Assembly: GCA_030390025.1 (NCBI GenBank) | Contig: JASTWF010000035.1 | Location: 2,108,001 to 2,172,000, forward strand | DNA: 64,000 bases | Direction of reading: 5' to 3' | DNA from: Squalus acanthias | Taxonomy: Eukaryota | Shown: one piece after another, positions 50,048 to 62,528 of the stretch | How positions within the stretch are numbered: the stretch's first letter is position 1 | Layout: each line of letters opens with the position of its first letter | Notes under the pieces: generated by a model | Databases searched by the model: none | The model's input: the letters and a program-made list of their open reading frames with translations, nothing else | What the model was told of the DNA's origin: nothing | Program-made: the position numbers and the translations under genes

Positions 50048-50908
50048 GGGGGAAAAATTCGGCTGCTTTACGCCTAAGAGGGCACTAATGGGGTGCAAAG
50101 CAACTAGCACCCGGGCGCGGCGATGTTTGCGCCGCTCGCGAAATTGACCATTTTGCGGCGGCGCTAAACACTACCGCCACAATCTCCTGCGCCCGCAGAT
50201 CGTGACGTCAGTTGAGCGTGCAACGCCCCGGAGCGGATATTGAGTGGCGCCCCCTGCCTTACCGCCTGCCACTAGCAACGACAGGTTGAGGGGAGCGTTT
50301 TGCAGTCAGGAAGGGACTGGGGGAGCGCTATTTAAAGGCGACTGCTTCCTGCCTTTTTTTGTCGGCGACATTTTTGCACCATGCATTCTGAGAGAGAGAG
50401 AGACTCCTGGAGAGATTCAACGCCATGTGAAGGAGTTTTGGGTACTGAGCAGCACTTTGCAGGTTCATTTTGATTTGACCTTTCTTGCATCGATTTAGAA
50501 GAGACTGTGGGGGCTGCACTCTGAGCTCTTTCCCTGGGCTTCTCCATTGTTCTTTCCAGCAGATTTGATGTACAGGTCTCTCCAGGCTGAGATTCAAGGC
50601 TGCAATGAGCAGGGTGTGGATGGAGAGCAAGATCGAACCTCCCCTTTATGAACTGGCCGGCGCCAGTGTGTCTGTGTTCCATTGCTGACTGACATCACAT
50701 GAGCTTCGCCAGCACTCTGAGGTAGCGCCTCGCTCCTCGGCGTTAGCACCTTAAGACAGATGTGTAGCGCCTGATTTAGCGCTCCAATCACCTCCAGGGG
50801 CGCTAGATGCCAAGTTTGCAGTCGGAGGCGATAATTAGCGCCAGGCGCTAAACTTTGCGCTCGGCCGATAATTGCGCCCCAAACGAGGCGATACCGAATT
50901 TCTCCCCC
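50048..50908. mobile_element. Harbinger deletion derivative, inverted copy of 48229-49120
   Basis: Reverse-complement similarity over its whole length; TIRs; AAG on both flanks. Confidence 0.9.
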
Positions 50909-51565
50909 AAGGAATGTTAATAGGTTTCATGAAGGAATTACACAGATTCTTGTCAACAATAGGGATTCAAGGTCGTGAGAAATGCAGCAAGGAATAATGT
51001 AGATAGCTGGGCTAGATGGACCAAAAGGCTTCTCCTACTGTAACTCTTACTATAGATTCTCACCATGCAAGTGCCAGATTAAACACTGCTCTTTCACCTT
51101 TGGGCCTGGGTTAAAACCCAGCCAGACGGATGGGATGAAAGATTCTTCACTCTGATGGCTGTAAGGAGCGCTGATGCCCCAGGGAAGGAGGGCGGGGATG
51201 GTAAATCTGGCAGGTCCCCAATGGGGTTGAGTCAGAAGAACACTGTAAATGTAGGCGGTGGGGCTTCTGCTCCTCCTGGCCTCAGTTTGTGAGCGGCCTC
51301 CAGCGGTCCCTTCAAGTCCTGGTAGAAACAGGGAGAATGTTTGTGGCTGTCCACTTGCAGGCTTGCCTGAAAATTGCATCAGGCGGGCAGATGTTCTGGA
51401 GTGGACTGTCATTTAATATTTCCCCAAGAGTCTCCTCACCATGACCTCCTGGTATAGCATGCCCTGAATCACTGTGTGCGCTCTGAAATTAAATTATATC
51501 ATTACCCTACCCTGCCCCCAATAAATATATCAGCCCGAGTGAAAGGAGAGTAATTAATTTCATAC

Positions 51566-51643
51566 CCCATTGTTATTGCAGGTCTTGTCACAGCTTTGTA
51601 CATTGAACAACGCCACATTCTGACACTTTGTATCGACACAAGC
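51566..51643 (-). CDS. ADAM exon, end of Cys-rich domain / start of EGF-like domain
   Basis: ACVDTKCQNVALFNVQSCDKTCNNNG. Acceptor tccacag|, donor |gtatga. 78 nt, phase 0-0, compatible with the preceding exon. Confidence 0.92.
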
Positions 51644-52219
51644 CTGTGGAATAGAGAAAAGAGAAAAGAACATTATTGTCATCATGGTGTCTCTGTCATC
51701 AGGTTTTAAAAATGAGCCAGTCAGGATGAGAGCAGTTTGACTCCAAAATCTTAAGGATTCAGTCAGGGTCATAAGAACATAAGAAATAGGAGCAGGAGTA
51801 GGCCCTTCAAGCCTGCTCCGCCATTCAATGAGATCATGGCTGATCTTGTACCTCATCTCCACTCTCCTGCACTATCCCCATATCCCTTGATTTCCTTCGT
51901 GTTCAAAAAATCTATCGATCTCTGTCTTGAATATACTCAACGACTGAGCCTCCACAGCCCTCTGGGGTAGAGAATTCCAAAGATTCACCACCCTCTGAGT
52001 GAAGAAATTTCTCCTCATCTCAGTACCAAGTGCCCGACCCCTGATACTGAAACCACAACCCTCAGTTCTAGGCTCTCTAGTAAATCTCCTCTGTACCCTC
52101 CTCAAAGCCTTCATGCTCTTCCTCAAGTGCAGTGCCCAGAATTGGACACAATACTCCAGCTGGGGCAGAACTAATGTCTTATTTAGGTTTAGCACAACTT
52201 CCTGGCTTTTGTACTCTCT

Positions 52220-55200
52220 GGGCTTGATTTTGATACTGGGGCGGGTTGGGTTCGTGTTATCCACATGACTGCAATTGGATGTGGGAGATTGATGCGATTT
52301 TCACCTAATTGGGCAATTGAGTTCCAGCTCTATGTGGGAAATCAGGGACCCTTCCGGTGTCCCTGACGACCATGTGTGTGGGAAGTGTATCCAGCTGCAG
52401 CTACTAACAGCCCGCATTGCGGCGTTGGAGCTGCAGATGGATGCATATTGGAGCATTCGCGATGCTGAGAACCTCGTGGATAGCACGTTTAGTGAGTTGG
52501 TCACACCGCAGGTGAAGGGTGTACAGGCAGGAAGGGAATGGGTGACCACCAGGCAGAGTAGGAGGTGCAGGCAGGTAGTGCAGGGGTCCCCTGTGGGCAT
52601 CCCCCTCTCAAACAGATATACCGCTTTGGATACTGTTGGGGGGGATGACTTAGGGGAAGGCAGCAGCAGCCAACTTCCTGGCACCATGGGCGGCTCTGCT
52701 GCACAGGCTGGGAGGAAAAAGAGTGGAAGAGCTATAGTGATAGGGGACTCAATTGTAAGGGGAATAGATAGGCGTTTCTGCGGCCGCAACCGAGACTCCA
52801 GGATGGTGTGTTGCCTCCCTGGTGCAAGGGTCAAGGACGTCTCGGAGCGGCTACAGAACATTTTGGAGTGGGAGGGCGAACAGCCAGCTGTCGTGATGCA
52901 CATAGGCACCAACGATATAGGTAAAAAAGGGGATGAGGTCCTAAACGCAGAATATAGGGAGTTAGGAGGTAAATTAAAAAATAGGACCTCAAAGGTAGTA
53001 ATCTCAGGATTGCTACCAGTGCCACGTGCTAGTCAGAGTAGAAATAGGAGGATATTTCAAATGAATACGTGGCTAGAGGAATGGTGCAAGGGGGAGGGAT
53101 TCAAATTCCTGGGACATTGGAACCGGTTCTGGGGGAGGTGGGACCAGTACAAACCAGACGGTCTGCACCTGGGCAGGGCCGGGACCACTGTCCTAGGGGG
53201 AGTGTTTGCTAGTGCTGTTGGGGAGGATTTAAACTAATGTGGCAGGGGGTTGGGAACCTGAGCAGGGAGACAGAGGAAAGCATGTCAGGAAGGGACAGAA
53301 GGTATGGAGTAAAAGGTAAAGTGTTAAATAAGGAAAAAGCAGGAAGTAAGTGTCGCAAAACACATTTGAAAGTTCTTTATCTGAATGCACGTAGCATTCG
53401 TAACAAAATTGACGAGTTAACGGCACAAATAACTATGTATGGGTATGATCTTGTGGCCATTACAGAAACATGGCTGCAGGGTGACAACGTCTGGGAATTA
53501 AATATGCCAGGGTATTTAACAATCAGGAAGGACAGGCAGGAAGGAAGGGGAGGTGGGGTGGCTATGTTAATAAAGGAAGTAATCACTGTAATACAGAGAA
53601 ATGATATTGGGTCAAAAGATCAGGATAATGAAACAGTTTGGGTAGAGATAAGGAATAATAAGGGGGAAAAAACACTGGTGGGCATAGTATATAGGCCTCC
53701 TAGTAGTTGCAACTCTGTTGGAAGAAGTATTAATCAGGAAATAGTTGGGGCATGTAATAAGGGAACAGCTATAATTATGGGGGATTTTAACTATCATATT
53801 AACTAGACAAATCAAATTGGCAGGGCAGCCTTGAGGAAGAGTTTATTGAGTGTCTTAGGGATGGATTTCTTGAGCAGTATGTAACTGATCCTACAAGGGG
53901 GCAAGCAACCTTGGACCTGGTACTGTGTAATGAGTCTGGATTAATTAATAATGTCCTAGTTAAGGATCCCCTTGGAATGAGTGACCTTAACATGGTTGAA
54001 TTCCATATCCAATTAGAGGGTGAGAAGGTTGGTTCTCAAACAAGCATACTGAGCTTGAATAAAGGAGACTATGATGGCATGAGAGCAGAATTGATTAAAG
54101 TGGACTGGGAAAATAGATTAAAGGGTAAGACGGTACATGAGCAGTGGTGTTCATTCAAGGAGTTATTTTACAACTTTCAAAATAAATATATTCCACTGAG
54201 GAAAAAAGGGTGTAAAAGAAATGACAGCCATCCATGGCTAAGTAAAGAAATTAAAGAAAGTATCCAACTAAAAACAAGGACATATAAGTTAGCCAAAGTT
54301 AGTGGGAGGATAGAAGATTGGGAAGTCTTCAAAAGACAACAAAAAGTAACTAAAGGATTGATTAAGAAAGGGAAAATAGACTATGAAAATAAATTAGCAA
54401 AAAATATAAAAACAGATAGCAAGAGTTTCTATAGTTATATAAAAAGAAAAAGGGTGGTTAAGGCAAACGTAGGTCCCTTAGAGGATGAGACCGGGAAATT
54501 AATGGTGGGAAACATGGAGATGGCAAAAATGCTGAACAAATATTTTGTTTCAGTCTTTATGGTAGAGGACACTAAGAATATCCCAACACTGGACAAACAG
54601 GGGGCTCTAGTGGGGGAGGAGCTAAATACGATTAAAATCACTAAGGAATTGGTACTCAGTAAAATAATGGGACTCAAGGCAGATAAATCCCCTGGACCTG
54701 ATGGCTTACATCCTAGGGTCTTGAGGGAAGTGGCAGTTGGAATTGTGGATGCTTTGGTAATAATTTTCCAAAACTCCCTGAACTCAGCAAAGGTCCCAGC
54801 AGATTGGAAAACTGCTAATGTAACACCCTTATTTAAAAAGGGTAGTAGGCAGAAGGCTGGAAATTATAGACCAGTTAGCCTAACATCTGTGGTGGGTAAA
54901 ATTTTGGAGTCTATTATTAAGGAGACAGTAACGGAACATTTAGATAAACATAATTTAATAGGACAAAGTCAGCATGGTTTTATGAAGGGGAAGTCATGTC
55001 TGACAAATTTGCTCGAGTTCTTTGAGGATATAACGTACAGGGTGGATAAAGGGGAACCAGTGGATGTAGTGTATTTAGACTTCCAGAAGGCATTCGACAA
55101 GGTGCCACATAAAAGATTATTTCTCAAGATAAAAAATCACTGGATTGGGGGTAATATTCTGGCATGGGTGGAGGATTGGTTATCTAACAGGAAGCAGAGA

Positions 55201-56809
55201 GTTGGGATAAATGGTTCATTCTCGGACTGGCAACCAGTAGCCAGTGGTGTTCCGCAGGGGTCGGTGCTGGGTCCCCAACTCTTTACACTCTATATTAACG
55301 ATTTGGAGGAGGGGACCGAGTGTAACATATCAAAGTTTGCAGATGATACAAAGATGGGAGGGAAAGTAGAGAGTGAGGAGGACATAAAAAACCTACAAGG
55401 GGATATAGACAGGCTGGTTGAGTGGGCAGAGATTTGGCAGATGCCATACAATATTGGAAAATGTGAGGTTATGCACTTTGGCAGGAAAAATCAGAGAGCA
55501 AGTTATTATCTTAATGGCGAGAAACTGGAAAGTACTGCAGTACAAAGGGATCTGGGGGTCTTGGTGCAAGAAAATCAAAAAGTTAGTATGCAGGTGCAGC
55601 AGGTGATCAAGAAAGCCAATGGAATGTTGGCTTTTATTGCTAGGGGGATAGAATATAAAAAAAGGGAAGTATTGCTGCAGTTGTATAGGGTATTGGTGAG
55701 ACCGCACCTGGAGTACTGCATACAGTTTTGGTGTCCATACTTAAGAAAAGACATACTTGCTCTCGAGGCAGTACAAAGAAGGTTCACTCGGTTAATTCCG
55801 GGGATGAGGGGGTGGACATATGAGGAGAGGTTGAGTAGATTGGGACTCTACTCATTGGAGTTCAGAAGAATGAGAGGTGATCTTATTGAAACATATAAGA
55901 TTGTGAAGGGGCTTGATCGGGTGGACGCGGTGAGGATGTTCCCAATGATGGGTGAAACTAGAACTAGGGGACATAATCTTAGAATAAGGGGCTGCTCTTT
56001 CAAAACTGAGATGAGGAGAAACTTTTTCACTCAGAGGGTAGTGGGTCTGTGGAATTTGCTGCCCCAGGAAGCTGTGGAAGCTACTTCATTAAATAAATTT
56101 AAAACAGACATAGACCGTTTCCTAGAAGTAAAGGGAATCAGGGGTTACGGGGAGCGGGCTGGAAATTGGACATGTGTTTGAGTTCGGATTTGTCAAGGCC
56201 CTGTGGGTGGCGGAGCGGGCCCAGGGGCCGAGTGGCCTGGTCCTGCTCCTACTTCTTGTGTTCTTTAGAGTTGAGGTTGGATCAGATCAGCCATGATCTC
56301 ATTGAATGGCGGAGCAGGCTCGAGGGGCCGATTGGTCTACTCCTGCTCCTATTTCTTATGTTCTTATGTGGGAACCCATGACCCAATTAGTGTTTTCCGT
56401 CTGAAAGTCGCCTCTGATGATGTCATCATTGCTGCTGCATTGAAGGTCTGCAAAGATTCACCACCACCACTCCCAGATCGATCAGCCGATCAGCCAGCCA
56501 ACCATCGAAATGTGTTCCCGCCAGGTTTCACATTCGTGGTTCAGAACAGGCGTGCTTCACGTAGAAAAAGGGTTAAAATCACAAAGGCCTTTCAAAATGG
56601 CATTATAGAGGCAATTTATTGCTTGTTAAGGGCCTTAACAGCCTATCCCACCTCTTAGAGGCGGGACGGAGTCGGGACCAGCAGATACGATTTCATGAAA
56701 ATTGCGTGGAGGCGGGTTGGAGGCGGACTTGTGCCCGCCCGCCAGTTTTCGCAATTTTAACCCCCCACATATCCAAACCCGCCTCCACGGGTCAATGAAA
56801 ATCCAGCCC
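52220..56809. mobile_element. TIR MITE (52220-~52322 and ~56369-56809) split by a CR1
   Basis: TIRs GGGCTTGATTTT / AAAATCCAGCCC; TCT/TAT flanks. Confidence 0.75.
52323..56368 (+). mobile_element. near full-length CR1 (ORF1 to 53237; ORF2 53228-56181, broken near 53805)
   Basis: ORF1 HVCGKC + zipper + esterase; EN-RT ORF2; double 3' tail. Confidence 0.95.
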
Positions 56810-57370
56810 TATGCCTCTATTTATAAAGCTCAGGATCCCATTTGCTTTATTAACTGCTTTGTTAACCTGTCCTGCCACCGTCAAAGATTTGTGCACAAAC
56901 ACCCCCAGGTCTCTCTGTTCTTGCACCCCCTTTAAAATTGTACAATTTAGCTTGTATTGCCATTCTTCCTACCAAAATGTATCACTTCACTCTTTTCTGC
57001 GTTGAATTTAATCTGCCTTGTGTCCGTCCATTCCACCAGCCTGTCTATGTCCTCTTGAAGTCTATAACTATCTTCCTCACTGTTTACTACACTTCCAAGT
57101 TTCGTGTCATCTGCAGATTTCGACATTGTGCCCTGTGCCCCCAAATCCAAGTCAAAGTCATTAATGTATGTGAAAAGCAGCAATGGTCCTAAAACTGAAC
57201 CTTGGATACCTCCCTCCAATCCGAAAAACAGCCATTCACCACAAATCTCTCTTTTCTGTCCCTCAGTTAATTTTGTATCCACGCTGCTACGGCCTCTTTT
57301 ATCCCATTGACATAAATTTTGCGAACAAGCCAAATGTGTGATACTTTATCAAATGCCTTTTGAAAGTCCG

Positions 57371-57608
57371 GGGGGGAAAATTTGGTTGATTTGCGCCTCC
57401 TGTTAGCACCCTAATAAGGGGAGGAAGGCCTGCAGTACCGCAGCGCGACGTGCCGCAGCGCTGTGATATTCACTCACAGCGCCCCAAGAAGGAGGCGGGG
57501 CGCTACCAGTGAATTTCGGGCGCGAGAACGCAAATTTTTTCGGGGCGCTAAAAGTAGTGCCCCGGCGAAGTTAGCACCCCAAAGGGGGCGCGACTCCATT
57601 TTTCCCCC
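57371..57608. mobile_element. short Harbinger MITE related to 47597-48218
   Basis: G6AAAATT / ATTTTTCCCCC ends; shared taataaggggaggaaggcctgcagtac. Confidence 0.82.
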
Positions 57609-57957
57609 CATATACACAACATCAACTGCACTGCACTCATCCACCCTCTCTGTTACCTCATCAAAGAATTCAATCAAGTTAACCAAACACGATTCGCTCT
57701 TAATAAATCTGTGCTGGCTCTCCTTTATTAGTCCATGCTTGTACAAGTGGCTGTTAATTTTCTCCCAGATTATTGTTTCTAAAAGTTCCCCACAAACAAG
57801 GTTTATCCTTTTCTCTTTTTTTGAACAAGCATGTAACATTTGCAATCCTACAACCCTGTATCTAAGGAGGATTGAAAGATTGTGACCAGCATCTCCGCAA
57901 TATCTACCCTCACTTCTCTCAGCAACCTAGGATGCAACCCATCCGGAATGGGTGACT

Positions 57958-58120
57958 TAGAATCATAGAATAGTACAGCACAGAAGGAGGCCATTTGGCC
58001 CATCGAGTCTGCGCTGGCTCTTGCGAAGAGCAATCCAGTTAGTCCCACTCCCCTGCTCTTTCCCCATAGCCCTGGAATTTTTACTCCTTCAAGTATTTAT
58101 CCAATTCCCTTTTGAAGGCT
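57958..58120 (-). mobile_element. CR1 3' end
   Basis: (agaatcat)n tail and stem-loop. Confidence 0.75.
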
Positions 58121-58279
58121 ACTATTCAATCTGTATCAGTATTGGAGGCTGGATGCAGTGTGAAGGAGAATATACATCTTTAACTGTGGAGCGGGGAGGG
58201 AGAGTGCCAGCATGACGGAAGGAGGTGTATGAGCGTGAATGGGGAGAGTGGAATAGTACCAATTCCTCCAGAGTTAATA

Positions 58280-60335
58280 TTTTTTTTATTTGTTCATGGG
58301 ATCTGGGCGTTGCTGGCAAGGCCAGCATTTATTGCCCATCCCTAATTGCCCTTGAGAAGGTGGTGGTGAGCCACCTTCTTGAACCGCTGCAGTCCGTGTG
58401 GTGAAGGTACTTCCACAGTGCTGTTAGGGAGTTCCAGGATTTTGACCCAATGACAATGAAGGAACGGCGAGATAGTTCCAAGTCAGGATGGTGTGTGACT
58501 TGGAGGGGAACTTGGAGGTGGTGGTGTTCCCATGTGCCTGCTGCCATTGTCCTTCTAGGTGGTAGAGGTCGTGGGTTTGGGAGGTGCTGCCGAAGAAGCC
58601 TTGGCGAGTTGCTGCAGTGCATCTTGTAGATGGTACACACTGCAGCCACGGTGCGCCGGTGGTGGAGGGAGTGAATGTTTAAGGTGATGGATGGGGTTCT
58701 AATCAAGTGGGCTGCTTTGTCCTGGATGATGTCGTGCTTCTTGAGTGTTGTTGGATCTGCACTCATCCAGGCAAGTGGAGCGTATTCCATCACACTCCTT
58801 ACTTGTGCCTTGTAAATGGTGGAATGGCTTTGGGGAGTCAGGAGATGAGACACTCACCGCAGAATACCTAGCTTCTGACCTGCTCTTGTTCCCACAGTAT
58901 TTATGTGGCTGGTCCAGTTAGGTTTCTGGTCAATGGTGACCCCCAGGATGTTGATGGTGGGGGATTCAGTGATGGTAATGCCATTGAATGTCAAGGGGAG
59001 GTGGTTAGACTCTCGCTTGTTGGAGATAGTCATTGCCTGGCACTTCTGTGGCGCGAATGTTAACTGCCACTTATCAGCCCAAGCCTGAATGTTGTTCAGG
59101 TCTTGTTGCATGCGGGCATGGACTGCTTCATTATCTGAGGAGTTGCGAATGGCACTGGACACTGTGCAGTCATCAGCGAACATGCCCATTTCTGACCTTA
59201 TGTTGGAGGGAAGGTCATTGATGAAGCAGCTGAAGATGGTTGGGCCTAGGACACTGCCCTGAGGAACTCCTACAGCGATGTCCTGGGGCTGTGATGATTG
59301 ACCTCCAACCACCACAACCATTTTCCTTTGTGCTAGGTATGACTCCAGCCAGTGGAGAGTTTTCCCCCCGATTCCCATTGACTTCAGTTTTACGAGGGCT
59401 CCTTGATGCCACACTCGGTCAAATGCTGCCTTGATGTCAAGAGCAGTCACTCTCACCTCACCTCTGGAATTCAGCTCCTTTGTCCACGTTTGGACCAAGG
59501 TTGTAATGAGGCCTGGAGCCGAGTGGTCTTGGCAGAACCCAAACTGTGTAACAGTGTGCAGGTTATTGGTGAGTAAGTGCTGCTTGATAGCACTGTCGAC
59601 GACACCTTCCATCACTTTGTTGATGATTGAGAGTAGACTGATGGGGCGGTAATTGGCTGGATTGAATTTGTCCTGCTTTTTGTGGATAGGACATACCTGG
59701 CAGTTTTCCACATTGTTGAATAGATGCCAGTGTTGTAGCTGTACTGGAACAGCTTGGCTAGAGGCACGGCTAGTTCTGGAGCACAAGTCTTCAGCACGAC
59801 AGCTGGGATGTTGTCAGGGCCCATAGCCTTTGCTGTATCCAGTGTGCTCAGCCATTTCTTGATATCAAGGGGAGTGAATCGAATTGGCTGAAGATTGGCT
59901 TGTATGATGGTGGGGACCTCAGGAGGAGGCCAATATGGATCATCCACTCGGTACTTCTGGTTGAAGATGGTTGCAAACGCTTCAGCCTTGTCTTTAGCAC
60001 TCACGTGCTGGGCTCCACCATCATTGAGGATGGGGATATTCATGGAGCCTCCTCCTCCCGTTAGTTGTTTAATGGTCCACCACCATTCACGACTGGATGT
60101 GGCAGGACTGCAGAGCTTTGATCTGATCTGTTGATTGTGGGATCGCTTTGCCCTGTCTATTGCATGCTGCTTCCATGTAGTTTTGGCATGCATGTAGTCC
60201 TGTGTTGCAGCTTCCCCAGGTTGTCACTTCATTTTTAGGTATGCCTGGTGCTGCTCCTGGCATGTTCTTCTACACTCCTTATTGAACCAGGGTTGGTCCA
60301 CTGGCTTGATGGTAATGGTAGAGTGAGGGATAATC
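58280..60335 (-). mobile_element. poly(A)-tailed CR1-group LINE (second lineage, possibly Zenon-like), 5'-truncated
   Basis: KAMGPDNIP, NYRPISLLS, LDIKAAFDRVWH, GVPQGS, MFADD, IYKAQVRSVMEY; T-tract at 58280. Confidence 0.88.
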
Positions 60336-60371
60336 CTGATATTGCTTTTATAATGATCGTGAATTGATTAC

Positions 60372-60564
60372 CTTGTTGTCTCCGCACTTGGTTCCTTGCC
60401 GAACTAGATCTGAACTGCTGGCATCACCTAAAGTAACAAATGTCCCTCGGCAATTATACTTCACACCATGAGAAATGAGGGAGGTGGTAATAATGTTCAC
60501 GGCCCCTCCTCGGAGTGGTTTCGCATTTCCGCCCCGACACTGGATTTTTCCACACAGTATATCC
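60372..60564 (-). CDS. ADAM metalloprotease exon, Cys-rich domain (ADAM12/19/33/15-like)
   Basis: Translates DILCGKIQCRGGNAKPLRGG...CRGTFVTLGDASSSDLVRQGTKCGDNK. Acceptor ctacag|G, donor AAG|gtaatc. 193 nt, phase 2 to 0. Confidence 0.93.
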
Positions 60565-60915
60565 CTGTAGGGGAGACACAAACAATTTAGACCTTTAACA
60601 TTCTGAAAACTGGATAAATACATGAAGGGGAAAAAATTACAGGGCTATGGGGAAAAAGCAGGGGAGTAGAATTAATTCGATAGCTTTATCAAAGAGCCGG
60701 CAAAGGCATGATGAGCCGAATGGAATCTTTCTGCGCTGTATCATTGTGTGATTCTATGATTCACTGGGATTGCTATCGCTGTAAGGTCTGTCAGTCTGAA
60801 TGTGTGTGGAGGATTATCCCTGGTTTGTATGCTTGCCTAAATGTCTGCTTGCTTCAGTGTGTCAATGTCTGGGTTTATGTGTGTTTCTATATCACATGGT
60901 AAGGGAGGCCATTCA

Positions 60916-61911
60916 GCCCAGCTATTCACTATATATATTAATGATCTAGACGAGGGAACTAGATGTAATATCTCCAAGTTTGCAGATGACACAAAGCTGG
61001 GTGGGCGTGTGTGCTGCGAGGAGGATGCCGAGAAACTCCAGTATGATTTGGACAGGTTGGGTGATTGGGAAGATGCATGGCAGATGCAGTATAATGTGGA
61101 TAAATGCGAGGTTATCCACTTTGGTGGCAAAAACAGAAAGGCAGATTATTATCTGAACGGCAATAGATTGGGAGAAGGGGAAGTGCAACGAGACCTGGGT
61201 GTCCTTGTGCACCAGTCGCTGAAGGTAAGCATGAAGGTACAGCAGGCGGTTAAGAAGGCAAATGGTATGTTGGCCTTCGTAGTGAGACGGTTTGAGTACA
61301 GGAACAAGGATGTATTGCTGCAGCTGTACAGGGCCTTGGTGAGACTACACCTTGAGTATTGTGTGCAGTTTTGGTTACCTTATCTGAGGAAGGATGTTCT
61401 TGCCATGGAGGGTGTGCAGCGAAGATTCACCAGACTGATACCTGGGATGGCAGGAATGACGTACAAGGAGAGATTGGGTCGATTAGGCTTCTACTCGCTG
61501 GAGTTTAGAAGAATGAGAGGAGATCTCATTGAAACTTATAAAATTCTAACAGGGCTAGACAGACTGGATGCAGGAAGGATGTTCCCGATGGCCGGGTGAG
61601 TCCAGAACAAGAGGTCACAGTCTAAAGATAAGGGGTAAGCCATTTAGAACAGAGATGAGGAGGAATTTCTTCACCCAGAAAGTGGTGAACCTGTGGAATT
61701 CTCTACCACAGAAGGCAGTTGAGGCCAAGTCAGTAAATATATTCAAGAAGGAGTTAGATATATTTCTTAAGGCTAAAGGTATCAAGGGATATGGGGAGAA
61801 GGCAGGGACAGGGTACTGAGTTTGGATGATCAGCCATGATCTCATCGAATGGCGGAGCAGGCTCGAGGGGCCGAATGGCCTACTCCTGCTCCTATCTTCT
61901 ATGTTTCTATG
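60916..61911 (+). mobile_element. 5'-truncated CR1
   Basis: FADD through the 3' tail; one frameshift. Confidence 0.93.
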
Positions 61912-62496
61912 TTGGAACTCGGGACAGGGATTGTTCAAGGCTGAAGTAAAATTCCTCTTTGGCCTCGTCCGTAGCTTCCAGGGTTGGGGCGTACACATTG
62001 ACAAACGTAGGGTACTGATTCCGGGTTAGAGTGAGCTGAAGGGTCATGAGGCGTTCGTTTATCCCACAAGGGGAATCTCTAAGACCCCAAACTAGCTCAT
62101 TTTTGATGGCAAAGCCAACCCCATGGAGACATCGATCCTCTTCTGATTTGCCTTTCCAGAAAAGCTGTATCCGCCACCTTGTTCTTTGAGCTGGCCTTCT
62201 CCTGCTCACCGTGTCTCGTTCAGGGCGGTGATGTTGATGTCGAAGCATCTGAGTTTCTGGGCTATGATAGCGGTGCGACGTTCAGGTCCGTCGCAGTTGG
62301 GGTTATCCATGAGGTTCTTGACGTTCCAGGTCCCAAACTTAATTTTAAAGGGTGGAAGATGCTTGTGAGTAAATTCTTTTAACGTGGGGTGGCCGTTGCA
62401 CACCAGTTACCACAAGAACTTGACAGAGCAAGGTCTTAGTCCAATGGCAAGGAAAGCCAGGACAATTGGAGACCAGGTTCTGCTGCATGGGTTTGG
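61912..62496 (-). mobile_element. RTE-clade LINE 5' fragment (endonuclease)
   Basis: FGTWNV...PERRTAIIA...ALNETR...GVGFAIK...NERLMTL...VYAPTL...KEEFY. Confidence 0.87.

Positions 62497-62525
<29 letters not shown>
62497..62525. repeat. (CA)n microsatellite
   Basis: Direct reading. Confidence 0.95.

Positions 62526-62528
<3 letters not shown>

Larger units (their letters stand above)
51770..57960 (-). mobile_element. decayed CR1 fragments hosting nested MITEs and a CR1
   Basis: 3' tail at 51770; RT pieces at 52070-52219 and 56810-57960 are contiguous across the inserts (gtactc|tatgcctc). Confidence 0.8.

Noticed and set aside
51050..51430. GC-rich segment and 120-aa ORF next to an ADAM exon
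   Set aside because: No ADAM similarity, splice signals or clear termini; probably an old repeat.
62340..62496. HDV-like ribozyme at the RTE 5' end
   Set aside because: Such ribozymes are known in RTE elements, but I could not fit the double pseudoknot by eye.
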